DNA of 64,000 bases from Eledone cirrhosa (lineage: Eukaryota). Below are positions 15,437-29,677 of this stretch, in pieces. The notes beneath the pieces are model-generated. The model was not told the origin of the DNA and did not search any database. It was given only the letters and a program-made list of their open reading frames with translations. The stretch covers positions 3,830 through 67,829 of the forward strand of contig CAXHJY010000246.1 in NCBI GenBank assembly GCA_964016885.1, given 5' to 3'. The translations under genes and the position numbers were made by a program. Every line of letters starts with the position of its first letter. Within the stretch, counting starts at the first letter, position 1.

Positions 15437-15440
15437 TAGA
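15333..15440. repeat. (TAC)n microsatellite
   Basis: Direct inspection. Confidence 0.95.
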
Positions 15441-15879
15441 AACTAAAGGGTGGAATGTGGTAGTGTCAGACAATACACAGCCATAAACCATCTCATTCAT
15501 GACAGACATCAGATGTTGTTCAGTCTTCTGATTCCTATCATTATAATTATTAATATGGTCGTCGTTATCATCTTCATTGTATTATTGTGGTGGGGGGAGG
15601 GAGGGGGGGAATATGATGATTATGATGATTATGACGACGATGACGATGACGATGATGATGATGATGATGATGATGATATGCTAAAACCTTAAAAATACTT
15701 CGATCCATTTTGAAACCTTCAAAACTATGTCTGTGGAGTTAAACTGTTATTTTCTTTCTCCTCTCTTTTCTTTTTATTCCCCCCTCTCTCTCTCTTTCTT
15801 CTGTCTAGCTCTATCTTTCTCTCCTCTATCTCTCTTTCTCTCTCCTCTCATGTCCTTCTATCTCTTTCTCTATCCTCTC

Positions 15880-15961
<82 letters not shown>

Positions 15962-16533
15962 CATCATCATCAGATGTGTGTATCTGTGTGTACATCTGTC
16001 TATATGTATCTGTGAGTGTCGTTGTGTCAATCCCTGTCATACAACTATAACATCAAAGACATTCCAGCTATGACATGTCCAGCCCGTCACCTTTCTTGTG
16101 TTATCTAAAGCAACATTGTTCTATGTATCCTTCCTTTTCGATAGATGCTAAAAGTGTTTCATGAAGAATTCGAATGCTGTGTCTAGCGAGTCATATGACC
16201 ACATACAGACACCTTCGTTGGTTCGTATATAATGGCTACATCTTCTGTGATATATATATATGACTAACCATGACATGATTGCACATATGTCTCCATTGCA
16301 ACGTTTATTGCTCTTTGTGTAGGCTCCATATATTTCTAATATAGATACGACCAAGATGTTGTTTCAATCGACGCGTGACTTTGTCTGACATTGACAGCCC
16401 ATCATTGCCAGCCGCCTCTCAGTAATGGAAGGAGGCGCTATTTAAACACAAAACTCAAGGAAACGAAAGAAATACGGCAAGTCATCTTCAGACAGACAAG
16501 ACATCCCGTCAGACAGTCTGATGACTCTGCCAT

Positions 16534-16592
16534 TATGTATGTAGGTATGACTGTACGTATGTATGACTGTATGTATGTATTATGTATGTCTG

Positions 16593-16626
<34 letters not shown>

Positions 16627-16782
16627 TGTGTGTATGTGTGTATGTGTGTGTATGCATGTATGTATGTATGTATTATGTATGTATGTCTGTATATATGTAT
16701 GTATGTATGTGTGTATGTGTGTGTGTGTATGCATGTATGTATGTTTGTATGTATGTATGTATTATGTATGTGTGTATGTATG

Positions 16783-16813
<31 letters not shown>

Positions 16814-17245
16814 TATGTATGTGTGTATGTATGTGCGTATGTATGTATTATGTATATATGAATGTATGTATTATGTATGTATGTATTATGAATGTATGTA
16901 TTATGATTGTATGTATTATGTATGCCTGTTTGTGTATGTGTATGTGTATGTATTATGTATGTATGTCTATGTCTGTGTATGTGTATGTATTATGTATGTC
17001 TGTGTATGTGTATGTGTATGTATGAATATATGCGTATGTGTGTATGTATGTATTCATTTACTAAGAGTTCACTTAAGAACAGTATATACATTTTACTGGG
17101 GGGGTTGTCTGTGTGTGTGTGTACTGTGTGTGTGTGTGTATGTGTGTCTGTGTCTGTGTTTATGTGTGTGTGTGTCTGTGGGTGTGTGTTGTCTGTGTGT
17201 GTGTGTACTGTGTGTGTCTGTCTCTCTGTGTGTGTGTACTGTGTT
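16534..17245. repeat. Degenerate (TATG)n/(TG)n microsatellite
   Basis: Direct inspection. Confidence 0.9.
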
Positions 17246-18071
17246 AAAAATAACTCTGCTCAAGTTTTTGACATAAAAGAATTATACAATTCTCCTTACA
17301 ACCATTGCTTCTGAGTTGTCTTTTACACTTGTAGTTTATTACTAATCTAATTTGTCACCAATAGGTCTGCTGCAGAAATTATTTCACTTCATTTGTAATT
17401 CATCAAATTCACCAACGTATTCTAAATTCCTACTATGATAAATAAATATACTATGATGAATCTAGCAATTGCTACAGACTATGGTTGAACATCTAAATAT
17501 ACGAGAAGTTAATGCCTAATGTTCATTATGTACTCATTGCTATTCAGACATTCACAGCTAATGAATGATGATGTGTCTATAACATGCAGTCACGTGAAGA
17601 GAAAAAGACACAAAATAAAAATAGACACATGATAGAAAAGATAAGGAAAGAAGGAAAAATACAAAATGTCCGTCGGCTTTTGCTATCATGTTTTTGCCAT
17701 AGTAAACGATTTGTTTCGCTTTTCGTCAGTCTGCCGGTCTGTCGGTTGTTATGACTAGCTTGGTCTTAAAATGGAATGTTCAATATTGAACATGTCCACT
17801 ATACTTGCTGAAATGTGCCAGCTCATCTACGATAGATGTCTGTTCAAACATTCAAGCTGCAATGGATGGCAAACAATACATTTTTCATACGTTGCTGCCT
17901 AATTTGACATTGTTTGTTATTTTCTTGTTCCTTTTTTGTTGGTCTTTCTTTGTGGTTTGTTGATTTAGACAATATTTTTATAATGTTGGATTTTTATTAT
18001 TCCGTTTAGTTTTTGAAAAAATGTTATTTCATGATGTATATGTATATTTGTCTGTGTGTGTGTGTATTTGT

Positions 18072-18154
<83 letters not shown>

Positions 18155-18444
18155 TGATATTTCTCTATATATATTTTCATTCATTACAAATCCTTTAACG
18201 TCGTCTGTAGTCGACAGCAGTTTCACAATTCTTTAGATACAAATGACACACATGTAATATTATGTACAAGCTACAACAATTCAACCACAGCCTTTAGGCA
18301 ATGGAACAGATATCTAAGATCTACAGAATCTCATTTGAATTCACCAAAATTATTCATAACCTTTTCAAATAACTTCCTTTTGAAGAAATGTAAGAATGTC
18401 GGAAGTAATGATTTGAACAACCACCTGACATCAATTCTCACTGG

Positions 18445-18800
18445 GGTTTTTTTTTCACATTTTAGCAAGGATTGTCTGAGTTTTTCTTCACATTTTAGCA
18501 AGAATTTTCTGGGGTTTTCTTCACATTTTAGCAAGAATTTTCTGGGTTTTCTTCACATTTTAGCAAGGATTCTCTAGGTTTTTCTTCACATTTTAACAAG
18601 AATTTTCTGGGTTTTTCTGCGTTTTTCTTCACATTTTAGGAAGGATTCTCTGGATTTTTCTTCGCATTTTAGCAAGAATTTTCTGGGGTTTTCTTCACAT
18701 TTTAGCAAGGATTCTCTGGGTTTTTCTTCACTTTTTAAAAAAAGATTTTCTGAGTTTTTCTTCAGTTTTTAACAAGGATTTTCTGGGGTTTTCTTTCTTC
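18445..18800. repeat. 32-33 bp minisatellite, ~10 copies
   Basis: Unit ttttcttcacattttagcaaggattctctggg. Confidence 0.9.
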
Positions 18801-18884
18801 CTTTATAAAATATAAGGAATAATCGATTTTCGTCAAATCGGACCGAGGAAGCAATGTTTCCATTGGTCTTTCCAATTGGTAATA

Positions 18885-19035
18885 CTATCTATCGGTCGCA
18901 ACTCCATGTAGAAGAAGCAACGTGAAATAAAATGTCTTGCTCACGGACATAACGCATCGCCTGTTCCGGGAATCGAACTCACAACCTCACGATTGTGAAT
19001 CCAATTCTCTAACCACACAGCCACACGCCTTCTTA
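18885..19035 (-). mobile_element. Second tRNA-derived SINE family (partial)
   Basis: Minus strand ggcgtgtggctgtgtggttagag (A-box-like)...gagttcgattccc (B box)...gagcaagacattttatttcacgttgct; decayed relatives near 10790-10845 and 40895-41090. Confidence 0.7.
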
Positions 19036-19196
19036 AAATATAATTGTCGTTAAATAATTCTATTCCATGACATTGTTGTTAGCGGATTAGATCTGTCCAA
19101 TGTAAGGTGACAATTAATATTGACAATTCCCAGTTAAATTGAGACTACATCGCAACACGTCTCTTTCTCCCTTCTTTCCTCATCCCCTCTCTTGTT

Positions 19197-19262
<66 letters not shown>

Positions 19263-19304
19263 GTGTGTGCGTGTACTCTTATCTTCTGTCACCAGATAAG
19301 TAAG

Positions 19305-19422
19305 ATAATTGTTTCTACTTTTGGCACAAGGCCAGCAAATACCCAGTGTATTACTGGTACTTTATTTTATCGACCCCGTAAGGATGAAAGGCAAAGTTAA
19401 CCTCGGCGGGATTTGAACTCAG
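19305..19422 (-). mobile_element. tRNA-derived SINE, 3' part
   Basis: Core atcgaccccgtaaggatgaaaggcaaagttaacctcggcgggatttgaactc; direct repeat agataagtaagataat on both sides. Confidence 0.85.
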
Positions 19423-19721
19423 ATAAGTAAGATAATACAGGTTAATGTCTACTACTATATCTGTTGAATATCTGGTGATCATTTCATCAGTTTTTGGAGA
19501 TTTCTACTTAGACACCAAAGTTTCGTTGTATCCACGAACGAAAGACAGCTCTTAAATGGACCAATTCCCCTTACTGTAAACAAATACAGCAGGGTAGGGC
19601 CAATTTACTGTTTTAAACAACAATATACTAATATTGGTGAGTGTTTCATTAATGTGATGGTACTGAGTTTATTTCCTCCATTGGTGACATATGGTATTCA
19701 CGAAGCTAACATAGATGTAGA

Positions 19722-20458
19722 GATACTAGTGGTTCGACAAGATACAAGTGGTACACCATGATACTAGTGGTTCGACAAGATACAAGTGGTACACCATGAT
19801 ACTAGTGGTACAACAAGGTACTAGTGGTACAACAAGATATTAGTGGTACAAGATACAAGTGGTACACCATGATACTAGTGATACAACAAGATACTAGTGG
19901 TACAACAAGATACAAGTGGTACAACAAGGTACTAGTGGTACAACAAGATATTAGTGGTACAAGATACAAGTGGTACACCATGATACTAGTGGTACAACAA
20001 GATACTAGTGGTACAACAAGGTACTAGTGGTACAACAAGATATTAGTGGTACAAGATACAAGTGGTACACCATGATACTAGTGATACAACAAGATACTAG
20101 TGGTACAACAAGATACTAGTGGTACAACAAGACACTAGTGGTACACCATGATACTAGTGGTACAACAAGACACTAGTGGTACAACAAGGTACTAGTGGTA
20201 CAACAAGATACTAGTGGTACAACAAGGTACTAGTGGTACAACAAGGTACTAGTGGTACACCATGATACTAGTGGTACAACAAGACACTAGTGGTACAACA
20301 AGACACTAGTGGTACAACAAGACACTAGTGGTACAACAAGACACTAGTGGTACAACAAGACACTAGTGGTACAACAAGACACTAGTGGTACAACAAGACA
20401 CTAGTGGTACAACAAGACACTAGTGGTACAACAAGGTACTAGTGGTACAACAAGACAT
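19722..20458. repeat. 19-bp minisatellite
   Basis: Unit ctagtggtacaacaagaca with variants. Confidence 0.95.
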
Positions 20459-21137
20459 AATAGTTGCTGCGACAAAAAAAAAGCACTAGAAATATCAACA
20501 GACAAGCATGACCATCAGTATTTCACTAAAGCTATCACCACACCATTAGAAATATTAATATACTACTAGTCACTACTAATACAACCACAGCTAATACAAT
20601 ATCACTGCGTTTCCACATACTTAATATGCTCACACTAGAAGATATAGTAAGAAAATAGAGATAACTCATCAAATTACCAGGTATAGACACGTAAAAGTTA
20701 ATATAAGCAGAAACTAAATAACATACTTATAAAGAAGTCGAAATTTTAAGAATATGCGTGTGTATAAAATAATAGAGAGAGAGAGTGAAAGAGAGAGAGA
20801 GAGAGTGAGAGAGAGAGAGAGTGAAAGAGAGAGAGAGAGAGAAAGAGAGAGGGAGAGAGAGAGTAAGCCCATGCGATATGTATTATATATAAAGAAACCA
20901 CATAACTAATTCATATGTTCCACTAATGAAAGTTACGTTGGCAAGCCAAAGAAATATCTTAACTTTCCTTCCATCAACGTTTGCGATATTTGTCTCCGGC
21001 TTAATTGAAAACTTGTCTCCGATTCATAAAAATTCTCTTAGAGCAGCATTCTTAAAACTATTTTCATATTTCTTGTTCCTTTCAATTCCGTCTATTATAT
21101 TATTACTCCTGCACCCATACATATATGCAACCACAAC

Positions 21138-21227
<90 letters not shown>

Positions 21228-21244
21228 TATGTGTGTGTACGTAA

Positions 21245-21438
21245 GTGTTTGATCGCTAAGAGAAAGGAGTACTCAATACCGAAGTAGAGTTTTAATTAAT
21301 GCTAAAAAGTGAGTCTTGTTACTCTGGAGTTTCATCTGTTTATCACAGGGTCATCAGACAGGAACTGTTCTTGTCTGATGACCCTGTAATAAACAGATGA
21401 AACTCCAGAGTAACAAGACTCACTTTTTAGCTTTAATA
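21245..21438 (-). mobile_element. Minimal foldback element: tail ~21245-21300, arm 21301-21360, inverted arm 21372-21431
   Basis: 60-bp inverted repeat made almost entirely of a hammerhead; lies between (CA/TG)n and (GATA)n. Confidence 0.8.
21369..21418 (+). ncRNA. Type I hammerhead ribozyme (mirror copy on - strand at ~21314-21363)
   Basis: UCUUGU CUGAUGA CC-CUGU-AAUAA-ACAG-AU GAAA CUC-CA-GAG UA^ACAAGA; predicted cut GUA after 21412. Confidence 0.85.
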
Positions 21439-21446
21439 TGTGTGTG

Positions 21447-21499
<53 letters not shown>

Positions 21500-21500
21500 G

Positions 21501-21574
<74 letters not shown>
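21447..21574. repeat. (GATA)n microsatellite
   Basis: Direct inspection. Confidence 0.95.
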
Positions 21575-21899
21575 CCTTAGTTTTGACAATGACGGGAATG
21601 AGTACTCAATACCACAGTAGAGTTTATCGATGTATTAAATGTGATCCAGTAGCCTATTACTCTGAAGATTTTAATGTCTACTAAAGTTTGTTAAACCCTT
21701 GATAAATGTTTACCTATCTGGGGAACTTGTAGCACACGGGGAAAACTCTACCTCCAGGCTCCTATATCCTAATTCTAACACTCCTGTTGGGATGCAGATG
21801 CACCCTTTGTTAAATTTTAATTCTGGACACACAGTAGACATGATGCTCATACACTCTAAATAAAAATGATTCATCGTGGTGTCACTCTTCTCTTCGTCT

Positions 21900-22530
21900 T
21901 TGCTCACTTATTCTTGAGAGGGTCATGGGAGGAGTGCCCTCAAACACGCCTTCTAGCGGATTCTGTCAGAACCAACTGTCTCTAATTGATCCGGCTGAAT
22001 CCCCAAGCGAGACCAGCCGATCTCATGGATGTTATCCAACCATCTTGCTCGGGGGTCTACACCCGAACCCGAGTCTCTTGCCAGTTGGTTTTGTTCCCAG
22101 TTCGGAGAAGTAGCAACTCTACTTGGAGCGATTCTCCGATCTTTGAGCTACGCATTCTATCGAGAAACGTTACCCAAGAGACTCTGCAGAGGAGTTCCAT
22201 TTCGGCCGTTTGTATTCGCGATCCTATTCCTTCTGTCATTACTCAACATTCATGACCATAGAAATTGAAGATAGTCTGTTTGGCTTTTACACCTATCTCA
22301 CTTCTTCTGATGACCGAATGTTGAAGCTAGAACATCACTGCACCAGCCGGTGCAGTTCTTCTACTTAATTCAGATTCCTGCTTTTCATCACTCGTGTAAA
22401 AATGGCCCCGAGATGATTGAACTTTTCCATCAGCTTCAGAGGAACTCCACATACATGTAGAGTGCATTGCGCATACTTTTTTGAGAGGACGGGTATCTCA
22501 GTCTTCGCAGCACTGATTCTCATCCCAGAT
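21900..22530 (-). pseudogene. Decayed RTE-clade LINE 3' fragment
   Basis: RIQTAEMELLCRVSWVTFLDRMRSSKIGESLQVE and PRARWLDNI-like motifs; upstream EKFNHLG-like RT motif; frameshifts and stops. Confidence 0.75.
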
Positions 22531-22788
22531 GATCCATATACTACTTTATCCTAACTTCGACAACGCCTATCTGATGATAGATACATACAAGTGTCTTTCT
22601 AGTGAGTCAATTGTTAAGAAAACTACATAGAGAAAATACATATTTTCCTTGCATACCTACATGCACATCACATATACATGCAAATAGTTTACTGATAATT
22701 TCTAACACCTATATTACAGATGTCCAACCTAGATATACCAAATATGTTATATCTTAAGGTTTTCAAGATACACCCATATATATATATC

Positions 22789-22863
<75 letters not shown>

Positions 22864-23133
22864 GGAAAAAATGAAACGAAATTTCATTTCCCACTCTTAG
22901 TACGGCTGTTACTTAAATATAAGTATGTACATACTTTTATATATATATATATATATACATATATATACACACATGCAAAAAATACCAATACTGAAAATTA
23001 AGTCTTTATATTTTTCTGACATGCTTCTACAAAGATAAACAAAATCAAACAAAATACAAAATACTTTGCCTGAATGTATGTTTGCCTGTATGTATGTTTG
23101 TATGTATGTATGTATGTATGTATGTATGTATGT

Positions 23134-23735
23134 CAGGTCACCAGTTGGTGCTACTGGTAACATGTATCCCAGTACAACCTGTCCCATGGTCGGGTCGTTG
23201 GCGACTAAACTGGCAACCCCACCAAGGTTTCTTGGTGAGGAGGGTGACTTTAGACATCCTGCAGGACTAAAAACAAAACCTGTCAAAGGGCAATGGAGCT
23301 CTTAAGAGTCAATGGCCATCCAAAATCACCGGGAGAGATGACCCCTTAGCCTTTGTCAAGGCAGAATTCTAGGAGAAGGAAAACTCTGATATAACACCTG
23401 CAATGGTATCCAATGATGTTGACTTGTTTTTCTTTTTGGTAACTATCATCTTGGTTAAGAGAGTGGGACTGGCTTTGTGCAGTGCCTTTGCTCACTATAA
23501 AAGCTTCATGGCACAGGCATTGCTTTATATCTGGAGATCTCTCTGCACTTGTCGTCACATGGTACCATGGGCCCAGCACTATGTGTCAATAATTGTCACA
23601 AGTGTAGTGTTTGTACCAGAGTTTTCAAGTCGCTGGCTGGACTAAAAAGCCCACACTCATTCAGCGCATCGGTAGGGGTTCTCCTACATGGATATAAAGT
23701 AGTGGCCGTAATCGAAAACGAGTTGGCAGCCACCA
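23134..23735 (+). mobile_element. ~600-bp non-autonomous RTE-like element, copy 1, in (TATG)n
   Basis: Near-identical to 29678-30284 and 47253-47861; 3' part encodes zinc-finger remnant HKCSVCTRVFKSLAGLKS; (TATG)n on both sides. Confidence 0.85.
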
Positions 23736-24102
23736 TGTATGTATGTATGTATGCATGTATGTGTATGTGTGTATGTATGTATGTTCTTCTGCTTTTATAA
23801 TTTCACAAATGTTTACCAATAGAGAGAGAGTCGGTTTCTAACATAGACACAAGACTCTCTCATTGGAATTTACACAACATCAACTAGGTAGATTATGTAT
23901 GTATGTCTGCATACATGCATGTGTAGATATAGATGTTATTGTATGTGTGGATGTGGATGTTTTGAGTTGTATGTGTGCGTGTGGATACGCTTGGTTATCT
24001 GTACATGTGTATATGCAGTTATTAGATGCAAAATGTTTGGAATGTTTTACATATTTTTACTGTTCCATTAATGGATTGTACTTGTAATTTCCTAACTATG
24101 TA

Positions 24103-24163
<61 letters not shown>

Positions 24164-24461
24164 TTATGTATGTATATGCGTGATGTACATATATAATTCA
24201 ATTCTTTCTTTCTCCGTGTACTTCGCTCCTTTCTCTTACTTTCTCTCTCCTCTTTCTCTCTCTCTCTCTCTCTCTCTCCTCTTACTCTCTTCCTCTCCTC
24301 TCTCCCTCTCTCTCTTCCTCTCTCTCTTTCTTCCTCCCTCACTTACTATCAACCTTCTCTCACCCAAATCCTCCTTCATACTTTCATACTTTCCTCTGCA
24401 TATTAAAGACGTTTTTTTTCAATTTTCTCCTCTCCTTCGCTTGCTATGTCATCCTTCTGCG

Positions 24462-24547
<86 letters not shown>

Positions 24548-24727
24548 TTCTCTCTCTCTATTAGTTTCAACCTAGCTAACTTGGTCCTTTGCAATTGGAA
24601 CCCATGTATACTTGTATCGGGGTTCATCCCTCTCATAAGTCCAATTGTATTACACGGCTCGGAAAGATTCCCTTCTTTGAGCTATTTAATTGTAAAAGAC
24701 TATTTTGAGTTTCTAACTCAATCTATG

Positions 24728-24801
<74 letters not shown>

Positions 24802-24994
24802 ATATATATATATACGTGTGTGCATATTTATATGTGTTTGTGTGTGTGCGCGTGTGTGTGTGTGCGTGTGTGTGAGTGTTTGTGCGTGTATATATGTATA
24901 TATATATATGTGTGTATGTGTGTGTGTGTGAGTGTGTGTGGGTGTATACATGTATATATGTATATATATATATGTGTGTGTGTGTATATATGTA

Positions 24995-25040
<46 letters not shown>

Positions 25041-25089
25041 TGAGATTCTACAGGACTAGAACTGTTTCATTCATTAGAAATCATCAGGA

Positions 25090-25127
<38 letters not shown>

Positions 25128-25288
25128 ATATTTGCATTAATAATGTGAGAGTGTGCGTGTATGTGTGTATGTGTGGGTGTGTGTGTGTGTCATCTATGTA
25201 GACATATACACCAGCACCAACTTACATACAAACGCAACCATCGATGCACACACGCGTATATAAATCTACCGAAATATAGACATTTGAG

Positions 25289-25361
<73 letters not shown>

Positions 25362-25364
<3 letters not shown>

Positions 25365-25942
25365 CCAGAGATCCATGGACGAGTTCTCTCCAGCGTTCTT
25401 TGTCCATCATCATCACCGCCATGTCCTGCGTCTCCCACAGACCAGTGTCTGTCCTTAGGGCATCAATATATGTCAACCTCAATCTCCCTCTTCTAGTGTG
25501 TTTGTGCAGGGGCTCCCACGGGAGCACTGAGTGCAGTGTCAACTCTGGATGTCGGTGAGCATGTCCAACTAATCTCAGTCTCCTCTGTGTTATTTTCGAG
25601 CAGACTTTTGGGAGGCTCCCGTACAGCTCTGAGTTCTTCATCCTCAGCGTATACTGATTAATGTTCAGAGCCATCCTCAGGCTTTCCTCTTCCTCTCAAG
25701 CACTTCATCCTCTGCGTTCACAATCTTTGCTCCTAGATAGAGAAAGTCCTCAACCAACTTTAGCGGCTTCGCCTACATTCATAATCTTCTCTGGCTTCTT
25801 AATGTTCTCTACCAGATACTTCATCTTAATCTCATTCATTCTCAGCCCCACACTCATCGACACAGTATCCATCTCCTGCATCTACTCCTCTGCCTCCTTC
25901 ACTGTGTTTGTCAGCAGAACTATGTCGTCAGCAAATTCAGCA
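25362..25942 (-). pseudogene. Internally deleted RTE/RTE-X LINE fragment
   Basis: EFADDIVLL RT motif at ~25915-25940; ITQRRLRLVGHAHRHPE...WEP...RGRLRLTYIDAL...MMDKERWR C-terminus. Confidence 0.8.
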
Positions 25943-26100
25943 TATATACATAGGAAGAGAGAGAAAGAGAGGGGGTGAGAGAGATTAGACTAGTAAGACC
26001 ATTTTTCAGCTAAGCGCGTGATACTTAGGAAAGTAAAGTGTAGGTATTGTAGAGAGCTAGTGCCCAACGGCAAGAACTCAACCGACGGGCACTAACTCTT

Positions 26101-26156
<56 letters not shown>

Positions 26157-26226
26157 TTGGGGCGCAAAACTAATTCATCGCCGTTATATATATATATATA
26201 ATATGTCATTATATATATATAATGAC

Positions 26227-26368
<142 letters not shown>

Positions 26369-26422
26369 ATATATATATGATATATATATATATGATATAT
26401 ATATATATGATATATATATATA

Positions 26423-26489
<67 letters not shown>

Positions 26490-26729
26490 CACATATTATA
26501 TATATATATATAAAACAATTATAAATGTGAAGAGCAAATAGACAAAATATACATAATTTATTCTTCAAAGTGCCAAATGTATGTATATGTATATGTATAT
26601 ATATATATTTTAATTTTCTCAACTTATCCAAGTAATTAATAGACAAATATTCATCCCGGTAGTGTTTAACATCTATAAGTCACAATCAATGCAGATAACT
26701 ACAATATGATCAGTTGGTCGACATCTTAA

Positions 26730-26975
26730 ATAATTGTTTCTATTTTTATCACAGACCAGCAATTACCCAGTGCATTACTGGTACTTTATTTTATCGACCC
26801 CGTAAGGATGAAAGGCAAAGTTAACCTCGGCGGGATTTGAGTCGGTAGAGAGTCGGACGGCATGATTTGACGCATAGAGTTACGGCCCTTTCCATTCTGA
26901 GTTCAAATCCCGCCGAGGTTAACTTTGCTTTTCATCCTTACGGGGTCGATAAAATAAAGTACCAGTAATGCACAA
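26730..26975. mobile_element. Two SINE pieces in inverted orientation
   Basis: Minus-strand core ~26730-26840 abuts plus-strand copy ~26841-26972 sharing the same core. Confidence 0.8.
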
Positions 26976-28382
26976 TTATTTTATTAGAAAACATGTTGGA
27001 GAAGGCCATCTGCGTTTGAAATAGCTTCCGGTCTTTTTCCTCTCGCTTGTCACTGGGTATTTAATTGTGGTTACTTAGACACTGACATACCTTTCCTTCA
27101 TATGACATTATAATCCAATGATACTATAAATGACGACTTTAATCTATCAAGTTAAGCAATCAAACTTACATACACACAAACACAAAAATACATACATATA
27201 ACTATATATGTGTATGCGTGTGTATGTGCGTGTATATACAAATATGTATATGTATTTGTTTTAGAAGATTCTTGACAAGAAATCATGTGTTAAAACAGAC
27301 ATTGTTGTATTCTGGGAGGGTCACGCTGCCAATCAAAACACGTGTTTTGATTGGCAGCTTAACCCTCCAGAAATACTCTGTGTGTGCGCGCGTGTGTATG
27401 CGTGTGTGTGTGTGTGTGTGTGTGTGTATACGTATCAAAGTTGTTCTACCGGCGTTGGCTTGCATGGGTTGTTACTTGGATACAAGACCATCTGCTAATC
27501 TTACCTGTATTGAACTACTTTCCTATCCTTAATCTTATGCTGTCCTCTTACGTTTATTGTATTTTTAGTTTGTCAATTTTTTTATATTATTTTTCCACTT
27601 ATTTCTTCGTAATTTTATTCTTCTTCTCCCATCCCAATTCAATTTCTTTCTATTAATAGTCCACGTAAACAAGTTTTTTTCTAATTAAAATCTTTCCTAT
27701 ACTATGGCAGATTTATCGCTTCACTGTAAATTCAAACCGAAGCATGAAGCACTATTTTTTTTAATCAAACGCATTTGTAATCAATAGTTTCGCTGAGCAT
27801 ATGAGCTCAAGGATGTGTCAATCAATTTAAACAATAGTTCAATGACAGTACCCTGTTGTTTTGCTTTCTTCAATATACTGGTGACGATTAGATCGACTCC
27901 ACCTCTATCTCATAAAACGGTTCCCAGTGAGGAACAAAGTAGAACTAACAATGGAATACATCTCTCGAGTTACACCTTCGTATCTCAAATAAAACGAATA
28001 CACCAAATAAACGAAGCCTAAACATGTTTAAATACCTTTTTGGTTGAAATAACCTTGACTATATATGCTTCATCGAGGTTGACTTGGCGCTAAACGGCAA
28101 CTACTATGACAAATGTGTTGCCTCGTGCTATTTCTTTTAGGGTGAATTGGCAGACTTTGTTCAACCTATTTTTCAAGGACCTCCAAGGAAAGACAAAAAT
28201 TAATATTTTTCTGTTTATAGATGGTACTGAAAAAAAACAGTGGAAAAGATATTGAAATATTGAAAATCTTCATTTATAATTCCAGGCTTTAGGAGTTTCT
28301 TATATAAAATTCTATTTTATTTAAACGTTTGGTTGTTTCATTTCCCAGAGTTGGGGTGGCAGGTTATTTATTTGATTTTCTT

Positions 28383-28473
<91 letters not shown>

Positions 28474-29633
28474 TAGATAAATAGTTAGATAGATATAGAT
28501 ATATACATACAGAGATACAGAGATATATACATATATGTTTATATGCGTACACATATATACTTATACATATACACACATATACATACTTATACATATACAT
28601 ACATATGTATATATATATATACATACACATATATACCTATACAGACACATACATATACATACTTATACATATACATACATATGTATATAAACATATATAT
28701 ATATATATATATACATACACAAATATATACATAAATTTACATATTCATATATATATATACATTTGCATGCACGTGTATATATATATATATATATATACAA
28801 CTCAACCTTAGAAAGTAGTGAACAGAACTGAGAACTGATGAAACAAGAAAACAAGAAAATTAATCAATATTTTACAAACGGAAAATCAAAACCAAACAAA
28901 AAATAAAACATGAGAATAAAAATAATTGTAAAAAACTCCACTAAAACTACAATAAATAAACAGTTCTGTTGGCAAATATAAATCTATAACAGGTGTTGAT
29001 TTTATATTTTCATTAGACACGAGGGATGTTTATTTTAATATACACTTATATATACTCTATATCTTCGGTGTTATTCTTGTTGTAGTTGTGGTTGTTGTCG
29101 TCGTGTTGCTGACGTTGTTGTTGTTGATTGGTTTTATATAATATTTATATTGTTGTTATTGTTGTTATTGTCTTTTTAAAAATTTGCGCTGCTCTGATCT
29201 TTTATTTTATTTTATTTTATTTTATTTTATTTTATTTTATTTTATTTTATTTTATTTTCGTTTTCTTTTCTTTTATTTTTTTTTCGTTTTCTTTTATTTT
29301 TATTTTATATTTTTTTTCTTTTCGTTTTCGTTTTCGTTTTCGTTTTATTTTATTTTAGATTTTTAGCGAATTTCGCATGGTTGATTGTCAGTGCATGAGC
29401 ATGCGCGGCCATGTTTGTGTGAGTTTGTGTTTGCATGTGTGTGAGCGTGTGTGTTTGTATATGTGTATGTGTGTGTATATGTGTGCGTATGAGTGAGTTT
29501 GTATGTGTGTGTACGTGTTTGTATGTGTAAGTTTGTGTTTGTATGTATGTGCATGTGTTTGTGTTTGTATGTATATGTATGTATGTATATGTATATGTAT
29601 GTATGTATATGTTTGTATGTATATGTATGTATG

Positions 29634-29665
<32 letters not shown>

Positions 29666-29677
29666 TGTATGTATGTA

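Noticed and set aside
18885-19035. tRNA gene
   Set aside because: A/B boxes run into SINE body sequence and no full cloverleaf is evident; treated as a SINE head.
25045-25092. Minus-strand CUGAUGA-UUUCUAAUGAAU-GAAAC...GUC hammerhead-like core
   Set aside because: No stem I complementarity could be found; probably a truncated or decayed relic, so not called.
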